Shown here piece by piece: positions 11,358 to 21,077 of a stretch of 38,193 nt of DNA (its first letter is position 1; the number at the start of each line of letters is the position of its first letter). Position numbers and translations under genes: made by a program. Source of the stretch: Chiloscyllium plagiosum (Eukaryota); the NCBI RefSeq assembly GCF_004010195.1, contig NC_057751.1:3845866-3884058 (forward strand), given 5' to 3'. The notes beneath the pieces were generated by a model, which saw only the letters and a list, made by a program, of their open reading frames with translations, did no database searches and was not told the DNA's origin.

Positions 11358-12309
11358 TCTGTGCATCAGTGGAATTAGAGTGATGTCGCACCCTCTGGAT
11401 TCAGTTCTAACAGCATCTATTGTTGACATTTGTAAACTTTGATCGTTACTACAGCAAACACTAGTTTAAAAAGTTATTGCATCCATACTAGAGAAATTCT
11501 AGTCTCAGCATAATCAGGGAGGAAACATAATATTTTTTATCCAAGTCATCAATGTTTTAATCAATATTCAACTGCACTAATATTTCACTGCTAATTTGTG
11601 TGAAGTGAGTGAAGCATGTATGGGATTTCATGTGAACAGATCTGATTCAGAATTGTACAGCTGATAATTGATAAATGAAGGAGGAGAGATATCAACAGCT
11701 CTGGTCATGATCTGCTCCAAAGCTAGAATTAGTTCAAACGAGTGCAAATGAAACACTTATGCAAGTGTTTGGAAAGTTAAACTTATAATCAGCTCCAAAG
11801 TTCACTGTTATCACTTGTACACAAACTCCATTTACATAAAGGTTTTGCTTGTTGCTTCAGGTTTATGTTAAAATTTTTTGAGGAAATGAATGGCAGTGCT
11901 CAGAAATGACATAGTCTTCTACTATTCTCACCATGTCTGCACAATACACTCCGATCAACAAACAGTTGGTTCAATTTTGTGATGGTAATGGAAGTACAAC
12001 CGTCAATGCTCACTGCTATTGCTCCACTGAGATGGCAACAACTTCAAGAGTCCACACATGCCAGAATAATGTGAGGATCCAGAAGTTATCCTTTTTTTAA
12101 TGCTCTGCCAGAGAATTTGCGTTTGAGAAATGGTTGGACAGCACCTCGCCTTCCTGCAAACCTTTTTAAATATTTACACTTTGTTGAATGAGTTGCTACT
12201 GGAATTTCAATGGTTTATATTCAAAATAAGAACTAAACAGCCTCTTGGACATAGAAATGTGTCAATTTTAAATTTATGGAATGTAACATTTCTCCACTGT
12301 TGTCATAAA

Positions 12310-12490
12310 GCTGTACAACGTGAAAATAGAACCTTTGGTCTAACTTGTCCATGCTTGATCAAGTTTCTCAAACTAAACGAGTCCCATTTGCCTGCTCCGG
12401 CTCACATCCCTCCAAACATTTCTGATTCTTGCACTTATCCAAATATCTTTTAAATGTTGTAGCTGTACCTGCATCGACTACTTCATCTGG
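12310..12490 (-). mobile_element. CR1 LINE 3' end
   Basis: ctgtacaac...cctttggtctaacttgtccatg...gtcccatttgcctgct...cttatccaaatatcttttaaatgttgta is the antisense of the 4670-4860 tail. Confidence 0.8.
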
Positions 12491-12676
12491 TCTTATAATG
12501 AAAAGAGTTCAAAACTATATGTTTCTTTTAAATCTGTAAATATATTTGTGCAATTTATTTTCTAAATTGATCTCGATTAATTTATTACACTTTTGGAAAT
12601 TTTAGAAGTGAAAGCAATCAGTGCTTTTAATTTCCTTGTGCATTCTGCATAAAAATGCTTGAATGTTACTGCTTAC

Positions 12677-12812
12677 CTGTGTGTTGACATCACTTCTGTT
12701 CACAGCCTTCGCATCCAGTTGAATAAGAGACAAATTTAAAATGCTGTTCAGGAACAGTTCAGAGATTACACTCTCTTTGTGGGCAGCTTTGTGTGAGGTC
12801 CATCATTTCAGA
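12677..12812 (-). other. Candidate spliced exon (136 nt), probably non-coding or UTR
   Basis: Minus strand has the acceptor cttttcttgtgatttggattttacAG and a strong donor CAG|GTAAGC, in non-repetitive sequence. All three frames contain a stop. Confidence 0.35.
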
Positions 12813-13544
12813 CTGTAAAATCCAAATCACAAGAAAAGGTGGAAGAAAAGACTAGTAAAGGAGTTCAATACTCCCTGTCCCTAGGGTGCGCTGAGATGAT
12901 CCTTTTGAAAGGCTGCTCCTTGATTTCTTTCTCCAGGTACTTTTACTCACTTGCATGGACACAGGGTGGCTGGGTCATGCTTCCAAAGTGTCTCGACTTT
13001 TTGGTCAAGAACCACAGCTTACAGCAAGTAATAAGAGAAAATAAGCTAGCTTTCTTCAGGTTTGATGTGTTTTTTTACTGCAGAGAAAACGATAACAGCT
13101 TTGGTTTCTTCCAGTTACCTCAGAGAGGATCACATCGTTGTTTGAAGGCAGAGGATGTTCATAAACACTAACTGGTCACCATTTCACAAACCAATCAGTT
13201 TCTTGTTGCTGGCTAAATCTCCACTGGCCCCTCGATCCAGCTTGTCAGTAACTAGATATTTAACCAACTATTTGAATAAACAGCTGTGTAAACAGCACCT
13301 ATAATGAGCATCAGGTAATTTGCTTTTAAAAAGTCAACATTCTTTCAACAATCTTGGTTCAAAATATCCGAGTCACCTTTTTCTTCCCTGATATGTCACA
13401 TAGTCTGCAGCTGAATGGCACTGAGCCAAGCTCCTTGAGCCACAAACATTTAATACAGACTTGTCTGTCCTAGATCACAATGTTATCCAGAAGTTCCTAG
13501 GTATCACAAACATGACAGAATCAAGTGATCTGAAAAAGAATTAA

Positions 13545-13780
13545 GGGTGAATAGAGGAAAAGTTTTTCACTCAGTGAGGAGTTAGGACATGAAATGCACT
13601 GCTTCGGTGTGTGACAGATGCAGGTTCAATTGAAGCACTCAAGCGGATAAAATAATGTGCGAGGATAGGGGGAAAAACAAGAGATGGGCACTCAGTAATG
13701 AAGCTCATTTAACATGCCTCTCGAGGCATGATGGGCTGTTTGGCCTCCTTCTGTGCTGTAACACATCTGTGATTCTGTGA
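13545..13780 (+). mobile_element. CR1 LINE 3' end
   Basis: aggaaaagtttttcactcag...gaaatgcactgc...atgatgggctgtttggcctccttctgtgctgtaac-ctgtgattctgtga. Confidence 0.8.
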
Positions 13781-13879
13781 AACAAAAACAGGAATTATTG
13801 GAAAAGGTCAGCAGGTTTGGCAGCATCTGTGCAAAGAAATCAGAGTTAACATTTCGGATCTGGTGATCCTTCCTCAGAA
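13781..13879 (-). mobile_element. ~100-bp PLE-derived mini-insertion (hammerhead plus terminal repeat)
   Basis: Bounded by ctgtgattctgtga at 13767-13780 and 13880-13893. Content is only the HHR and the tail cacagatgctgccaaacctgctgaccttttccaataattcctgttttt. Confidence 0.8.
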
Positions 13880-13881
13880 CT
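13844..13881 (-). ncRNA. Minimal type-I hammerhead ribozyme motif
   Basis: Minus strand reads agtt-CTGAGGA-A-ggatc-acca-gatcc-GAAATGTT-aact: 4-bp stem I, 5-bp stem II, GUU cleavage triplet. Confidence 0.8.
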
Positions 13882-14309
13882 GTGATTCTGTGATCCTTGG
13901 CTTTCCCATTTCAGTCCACAATCAAAAGTACCAAAAAATAAAAAGATGCCAGAATCAAGATGAGATATTGCAAAGACAACAAAAGGGCAGGAATAAAGGC
14001 TCATTATCTGAACTCATGTGGAATCCATAACAAAATAATTAAATGAATAGTCCACATTAAAATAAACACGATTGAATAGCCATTCTGGAGATGTGGCTGC
14101 AGGATGTCAAGGATTGTATCCTAAATCCCCTCCCAGTTGGGGAACACTTCAGCGGTCTAGGACATTCGACCTCGGACCTTCGGGTGACCATCCTCCAAGG
14201 CGGACTTCAGGACAGGCAGCAGTGAAAAGGCTGATAGCTAAGTTCCGTACCCATTGGGAGGGCCTCAACCGGGACCTGGTTCATGTCACACTATAGGTGA
14301 CCACCATTG

Positions 14310-14520
14310 AAACACGCACACTCACATTCCTACATGCATCCATTCACAGATTTACACTCTCTCACAGACACTCACAACCCCCCACCCCAGACACACACGC
14401 ACCCCCTCACAGACTTAGACACTCTACACTCACATACACAAACACATATACACTCTCTCTCACACTCACAACCCCCCACCCAGTCAGACACACAAACCCA
14501 CATGCACACGTATACATATA
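14310..14520. repeat. Degenerate (CA)n/(CT)n low-complexity tract in the PLE 3' UTR
   Basis: acacacgcac...cacatacacaaacacatatacactctctctcacactcaca. Confidence 0.9.
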
Positions 14521-14707
14521 CGTTTGTGGGGTGAATTTGTACTTGCAGAGTTACATTGTACCTTGCTCAAAAACTGCCTGAATTCATGTAAGACTCGGTT
14601 AACTCACTTTTTAGATTAGAATCAGTCTAAACATTATGGCACAGACAGAGAACACAGGACAGGGGGCTAACACCTTCAACATATTATCTGGCTAACACCA
14701 ATTGTGA

Positions 14708-15102
14708 CAAAGTTAAAAATCACACAGCAGCAGGTTATAGTCCAACAGGTTTAATTTGGAGCACTTGCTTTCGGAGCGACACTCCTTCATCAGGTGGTAG
14801 TGATTGTAACCAATTGTTACAGTTAACCTGAGAATGTAACTTTTAAAAAAAAGTTTTGTGATTTACACATGAAAGAAGTGAAACTATCATGGTATTCGAA
14901 CAGATGAAAGACTCAACAAACAATCAAGATATTTTTCAATGTATGATTTCAGTTACATCACACCGTAAACTTTTGCTATAAATTCTGTGTCTTCCAATTG
15001 TGTACTCCACAACCACCTGATGAAGGAGTGTCGCTCCGAAAGCAAGTGCTCCAAATTAAACCTGTTGGACTATAACCTGCTGCTGTGTGATTTTTAACTT
15101 TG
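14708..15102. repeat. Perfect 91-bp inverted repeat (14708-14798 / 15012-15102)
   Basis: Base-by-base comparison shows the two arms are exact reverse complements. The left copy is bounded by accaattgtgaca (14697-14709) and accaattgttaca (14809-14821). Confidence 0.95.
15014..15048 (+). ncRNA. Hammerhead motif with mutated cleavage triplet (mirror copy on the minus strand at ~14762-14796)
   Basis: cac-CTGATGA-A-ggag-tgtcg-ctcc-GAAAGCAA-gtg. The triplet is CAA instead of NUH, whereas the related copy at ~22955 reads aaagctt-gtg. Confidence 0.7.
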
Positions 15103-15623
15103 AATTCTGAAGAGTTTCTTATATTCAAAAAGAATAGGCAGCGAGGTAAAAGTGAAGCAATGTACATTGCAATTGAAAGATGGCATTTGTGAAATCATTA
15201 GAGCTGACCTTGGTTTCAGAAATCAAGATGTAGAATGTGTTTGGATGCAGTGAATAAGAGCAGGGGAAAGAAGCCACTAGTGAGAATAGTCTACAGGGCC
15301 CCTAACCGTTTAAACAAAAGTAGGACGAAGAATACAAGAAGAAAGATGCTGTGTTTGTGACAAAGGGTGATAATAATCATATATGACTTAAATCTACATA
15401 GAAAGTAAAAAAATCAACTTAGCAGCTGTCGTCTGGAAGAAGACTTCATACAACATTTTTGAGAAAGTGTTACTCTGAGAAACTATCTGGAATGGATCAG
15501 ACAGCAAGTGGGTTTTATGCAATTTGTCAGGATTAATGACTGATCTCAGAGTAAGAGCACCATCAGCAGCAAGCACAACATGTTTGAATTTACATGTTGT
15601 TTGAAAATGAGTAGACAAGGTCA

Positions 15624-15947
15624 TAGAATTTCACCGAAGCAGGCCATTCGGCCCATCAAGTCCAGACTAACCTTCTAAAGAGCATCCCACCCAGAAATAT
15701 CCCACCTGACCTTATTCCTTGTAATTCTGAATTTCCTCTGACTAATCTGCCTAGCCTACACATCCCTGGACACAATGGGCAATTTTAGCAAGGCTAATTC
15801 ACCTAACCTGCACATCTGTGGACTGTGGGCAGAAACCGAAGCACACGGAGGAAATCCACACAGACAGTCACCTGAGGGTGGAATCGAACACAGATCCCTG
15901 GCGCTGTGAAGCAGCAGTGCTAACCAACAGGCCACCATGCTGCCACT
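15624..15947 (-). mobile_element. HE1-type SINE with 7-bp TSD
   Basis: Antisense of the HE1 head (ggcgctgtgaagcagcagtgctaacca...gccaccatgctgcc) and core. aaggtca at 15617-15623 and 15948-15954. Confidence 0.88.
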
Positions 15948-16858
15948 AAGGTCAAAAACTAGTATTTTCAACTTAAAGAAGAGCAATTATGTTGGCGTGA
16001 AAGCTGAGCTCATTGAAGTGAACTGGTACATGAGACAAGGGGATAGATTAATACACATGTAGTGGCAGACATTTCAGAAAATATTTCAGAATACTCAGAA
16101 TATGTACATTCCCTAATAGTCTAAAATAATTTCAAGGTCCCACCATCTATAGTTTGTTCAAATGGTTTTTCTTACATTTGTGGCTTTTCGGAACTACCAA
16201 ATTCGCAAAGGTGGCTGGCAGGTCAGGTGACTGGTCAGAATATAAACAACGGCAGAGAATGACTAAAAGGTAAAGAAGGACAACGACACTACAATCTGAA
16301 AGAAAGCTAGTTCGAAATATAAAACCAGGCTTTTAAAAAGGAAAAAAGACAAAGCAAAGTGAGTACTGATCCTCTGAAGAGTAAGAAGGGTACTTAACAG
16401 CAGATAATCAGGAAATGTTAAGTGCAATCAATAAATATTTTGATTTTCACCTTCACCATAATAGATACAAAAAGTATTCCAATGATAGCTGTAAACCACG
16501 AAATGTAAGAAAGAGTGAATCACTCGGGAAGCGATCCTAAAAAACTGATGAAACTGGCTGACATGTCACTCCATCCAGACAGACTTTATCAGACAGTCTT
16601 CAAAAATGTGATTACATCAGGTGAAAGATGTGTTGGTGTTAATTTTCCAAAAGTCACAGTGTTCTGCAAAGTTGAGTCAGACTGTAAAGTCACAAATATG
16701 ATCCCTCTATTTAAGGCTTGATACCTGTCATGGGGAAGGTGCTAGAACTGATCATTTAAAATGGCTAAATCTGAGAAATGCGACAGAAAATTGAAAGAGT
16801 CAGCATTGTTTCTTGAAAGTGAAACATGTTTAATCAAATTATTTAGACTGCTCTGAAA

Positions 16859-17197
16859 GGGTGGCACAGTGGCTCAGTGGTTAGCACTGCTGCCTCACAG
16901 CGCTAGGGACCTGGGTTTGATTCCAGCCTTGGGCAATTGTCTGTGTGGAGTTTGCACATTCTCCCATGACTGTGTGCGTTTCCTCCAAGTGCTCTGGTTT
17001 TTTCCCACAATCCAAAGATGTGCAGGTTAGGTGAATGAGCCATGCTAAAATGTCCATATGCTCAGGGATATGTAGGTTAGGTGCATTGGTCAGGGGTAAA
17101 TATAGAACAATATGGTAGGGGAATGGGTCAGGGTGGGTTACTCTTTAGTGGGCTGGTGTGGACTTGTTTCCACATTGTAGGGATTCTCTGAATCTAT
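16859..17197 (+). mobile_element. HE1-type SINE, full length
   Basis: gtggcacagtggctcagtggttagcactgctgcctcacagcgctagggacctgggtttgattcc (A and B boxes), core and tail tgtttccacattgtagggattct. Confidence 0.9.
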
Positions 17198-17207
17198 GAG
17201 TAACATG

Positions 17208-17351
17208 GCAAAAACAGAATTTGCTTGAAAAAAACTCAACAGATCTGGCAGCAACTACGGAAAGAAAGCAGAATTCATGTTTCAGGTCCAGAGACTCTTC
17301 TTCAGAACTGGAAAATGTTTCAAGCATCCACACTTCGTCGGTTCAGTTTTG
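17208..17351 (-). mobile_element. PLE-derived mini-insertion with a degenerate hammerhead and 10-bp TSD
   Basis: gagtaacatg at 17198-17207 and 17352-17361. Minus strand reads agtt-CTGAAGA-A-gagtc-tctg-gacct-GAAACATG-aatt (17272-17309). Confidence 0.75.
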
Positions 17352-18027
17352 GAGTAACATGTGGTGGACAGAAAGGAGAGGCAATAAATGTACTATTCTT
17401 GGATTTCTAGGATTACAAGCTATGCAAAAGATCCTTGTATAAACCGAAAGCTCATAGCGTAAAGGGTAACATACTGGCATGGATACACAATTGGCTCGGT
17501 TGCAGAAAATATCAACTATGTTTAAATGGATATTTGATAGGCAGGATATGATGAGTGGAATATGATATGACTCTAATAGGAGGAGTGTGCCGATCATCAA
17601 ACTCCAGTACTCCAACAGATGTCCCACAGTGCAAATATCCATGAAATAACCAAAATGATTAAATTGATTTTTTTTAACTGCTATCCAGGACAAAAATTAG
17701 TTTCCCATTAGGGTTCATTGATAAACACAATAAGTTTGATTTAAGGTGACCCGAATATAGTGGGCTATGACAAGAAATATGACAGAATCATGTGAAACTC
17801 CTCTGAAACCAATCATAACATCACAACCAACACAATACATCTTTCAACTTGAACATGACGTTGAGATTTTCACAAGGCAGTGGGGAGTCGCCTATTTAGG
17901 GAAATTATTACTTCCTAACTTTGTTATTAACTTCAGAACTCACTGAAGTAGTATGCAGCTTTTTATCATACCATCTGCCAAAAGCAAACTAGACATTGAT
18001 AATTCTTGACATGAAGGTCAGAGCAGT

Positions 18028-18631
18028 TACCTGGCAACTTCATCTCTCTGCTTTCTCCAAAGGACCTCTGTGTTGGACACCAACCACATGCACTCCATGT
18101 CCACAGACAATGGCATTTGAAATGTGCCAGTCTCTAAAAACCATCATGGCACAACTCTGATAACTTTTACTTTGCTCCCGTATTTCAATGGTGCACTTTG
18201 GGTGCACCAGCAAATATCATTGCAGTGCTGCAGCAAGGATGCTGTTGCTCAGAAACACAGACCCAGCTCATGAACTGGACCAGGCTGCATCTCTGGCCTG
18301 TTTGCTTGCTCTTTTTGTGATCATCTGAATGCTCACAGTATCGCTGCCCTGCCTTACCTTTTTGTTCATTGCCTCTCAGCCAGGTCTTGACATGCCCGTA
18401 CCAGCATTATTTCAATGCTAATTGCCAATGCACATTCAAGTGCAGAAGCATCCTGTAAATGGACCAGAGAGATGACATGAGAGTCCAAAGATGCTGGCAG
18501 GTCTTGAATGCCATTGTCTCTGGACAGGGAATAAGTGCAGCCAGTGCCCTGAAGTCTGCCTTAAGATATTGTTGCTGTGTGTGCAAGATGGAAATCTAAA
18601 GGAGAAAGGGGCAATCTAGAGTTGCCAGGTA
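18028..18631. repeat. Old degenerate ~600-bp palindrome (probable MITE or fold-back DNA element)
   Basis: tacctggcaact (18028-18039) pairs with agttgccaggta (18620-18631). tgtccacagacaatggcatt (18098-18117) pairs with aatgccattgtctctggaca (18507-18526), 19/20. Further patchy matches lie inward. Confidence 0.75.
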
Positions 18632-20219
18632 TCTTCATAAATTCTTGTTGGCAGGTGATAAGATAGGAGGCTGCATTTTAATGAGGCAAGATGTGCAGTC
18701 AATGAGATCAACAAGTAGTCATCCTCCTTAACAGGCATCTTGCTACTGCTTGTCTTGATGTCAGAATCTTGTCTTGATGCTTTGAACTCTAATGTAGAAT
18801 GCAACTAAGTGTTCCTGACTTCAAGACTGGCCTCACTTGACTTCTCACGTGATTCTCCCAGCTCTCATTAGGGCCAAAACATTTAATAAGATTCTATCAT
18901 TGATCCTAAGCAAGTTACGAACTGCTACTTTCCAAATTTAAACAAGAACCCTTCTAAACCAAAGGAAAAAAACAAAAGCTTCTGTATTAAGAGTCCAAAT
19001 CACAGGGTGGAATGAAGTGATTTTCTCACGGTGCTTCTGGTTTCTGGGGACAACATCAAGTTGTTCTGGCCAAATCCAGTTACTGAGCGTGCAGCTCAGT
19101 TTTCAGAGTCTTTGAGCAATGTCCTTTACTCACAGAGAGAGTAGATGGGACAGAACCTCACCACAACCACCAGGGGTGTTCTTTTCTTTGCCAGGGAACA
19201 AAGAGAGAGAGACCTGTCCTCGTTGGTCTTTTTTCTTAGAGGTTTCCTTTTAATTGGTCCATGGCTCTGTCGCAAAACAGAAATTCACAATCCAGTGTTG
19301 CTGGGAAACCTGCAGCCTAATGTTCCTTTCACCAGTTTGTCTCGCAAGAGTAACAAATCCATCGTATCTGTCCCTTGGCAGGTCTAAAAAGAACAACATT
19401 TATGAACAATACATGGAAAGTTCCACTTTTGACCATTGACTTCAAAGAAGTCATTTGATAAACTTGTGCTCAGGTCAACTTTTTATGACTGAGATGAGGG
19501 GAGTGAAGGCATGAAAGCTAAATTTGCAGATGACCCAAAGATAGATTGGAAAGAATGTTGTGAAGAAGATAGGTTGCAGAGGGGCAGAAAAGTTAAATTA
19601 GTGAACAAAAATCTGACAAATGGAATACCATGTGGGAAAATATGAAGATGTTTCCTGCTCCAGTAAAAATGAAAAAGGAGATGACTACTCGAATGGAGAA
19701 TGACTCTAATTCTGAGGTACAGAACAATTTAAGTATTCTAGTGCATGAGCCACAAAGAAAAGTTTGCAGATGCAGCACATCATCAAGAAGATCATTCGGA
19801 TGTTATCTTTTTTCTAATGAGAGGAAATTGTGATAACACTATGGCTTTTAGAGGTGCATTTTGACCTTTTCCTTTGAAGAAAAGTTTTGAGACAGAGGTG
19901 AAAAGTTGTCTGTTACAAACCAATAATGTAACAGTTTGTGAGGCCCTGGTTTTTTTGTTAAGTTCGAACAACAGAAGCAGCATCAATGGGTGAAGTTAGG
20001 TGCCAACAGAAGCAGGGTTTTCACCTAACTTTCAATTGTTGGGGGTTTTGCAGTTGGCTGTGGAAGCTATTTCATTTCTGTCTGCCACAGCAAAAAGCTG
20101 GAGTTTTCTCTTTTGACAAGAATTTTTTCTTGGTGTTCATTTCTCCAGGACTAGAGAAATGCATGGGAGACAATCTGTTTTACTGAATTTACCTTTGCCA
20201 AGGCTGTGTTTTTGGAATG

Positions 20220-20543
20220 GACCATCTCCTCTGCACAGAAGCTCTTCAGCCATATTCTGAAGCAGACTCGTTACCACAGCCATGTCTCCTTCCTCCACCC
20301 TACTCCGACCTATCACCCTCACCTTGACCTCTTTCCACCTATCACATTTCCAACTCCCCTCCTCCAAGTCCCTCCTCCCTACCTTTTATCTTCTCCTGCT
20401 GAACACTCTCTGCTCATTCCTGAAGAAGGGCCTGTGCCCGAAACGTCGAATCTCCTGTTCCCTGGATGCTGCCTGACCTGCTGTGCTGTTCCAGCAATAA
20501 AGTTTCAACTTTGATCTCCAGCATCTGCAGACCTCACTTTCTC
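20220..20543 (+). mobile_element. Internally deleted PLE (ORF N-terminal stub joined to 3' UTR, hammerhead and terminal repeat) with a 16-bp TSD
   Basis: ctgtgtttttggaatg at 20204-20219 and 20544-20559. ISSAQKLFSHILKQTRYHSHVSF resembles the PLE ORF start (compare SHISF at ~34700). 20290-20500 matches the reverse complement of 6990-7195. Confidence 0.88.
20416..20451 (+). ncRNA. Minimal type-I hammerhead ribozyme, intact core
   Basis: attc-CTGAAGA-A-gggc-ctgt-gccc-GAAACGTC-gaat: stem I attc/gaat, stem II gggc/gccc, palindromic ACGU stem III, GUC triplet. Confidence 0.88.
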
Positions 20544-20861
20544 CTGTGTTTTTGGAATGTCACTATATTGCTGTTTAGTAATTAAATAATCTATTAACTC
20601 TATTAGAGTTAAAGTTACATGAACCCTTCTTTCTTTTGTTTGCATTTTAACAGTAGGGCAAGAATAAAGTGTGTTTTGCTTAAAGCCGAGTATTATAACC
20701 ATTCGAATTACATCTGGAACATAGCAACTTACGCTTGCCTTTCAGTACAATAAAAGTTAGGGTCTCGGCTATCTCCTGATACATCTTAAGTGGGTTTGGT
20801 CTTATCCATAACAATAGAGGTAACCAGATTCTTTCTGGACAGGGGAATCAAAGATTATTGG

Positions 20862-21077
20862 AGTACGTTCTGATATAATGTGATAGTTCCATTGCCATGC
20901 AATCCCGTGTAAGAGGAAAATCGTGGAATAACAGCACCAATTAAATCAATAGTACCGGAATCGCATTATAGCCAATACAAGTAAGAAAATTGGCTTTCTA
21001 CAAATCATGGGCAAAATTCTTCAATCGTGTTAGAGCCAATTCGCGTTGAACAAACACGCATTATAGCAGAACCGACT
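20862..21077. mobile_element. MITE / non-autonomous DNA transposon (Tc1-mariner/Tigger-like TIRs)
   Basis: Left agtacgttctgatataatgtg versus the right end reverse-complemented agtcggttctgctataatgcg. Interrupts the CR1 3' tail. Confidence 0.65.

Larger units (their letters stand above)
14127..15102 (+). mobile_element. Penelope-like element 3' part (GIY-YIG C-terminus, CA-rich UTR, terminal repeat) with an internal inverted copy of its own end
   Basis: Translates PVGEHFSGLGHSTSDLRVTILQGGLQDRQQ / RLIAKFRTHWEGLNRDL. Ends with ccacctgatgaaggagtgtcgctccgaaagc...ttgtgtgatttttaactttg-type terminal repeat. Confidence 0.9.
19829..20813 (+). mobile_element. Probable solo LTR inserted in the CR1 and itself interrupted by a PLE
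   Basis: TGTGATAA...CCATAACA termini (TG/CA, imperfect inverted), AATAAA at 20663-20668, CR1 sequence on both sides. No clear TSD. Confidence 0.6.

Noticed and set aside
14297..14581. His/Thr-rich ORFs
   Set aside because: Translations of the CA-rich low-complexity tract in a PLE UTR.
16859..16925. tRNA gene (also 5990-6055, 7800-7860, 15875-15945)
   Set aside because: A/B boxes belong to SINE heads that continue into SINE bodies. No complete cloverleaf or terminator is evident.
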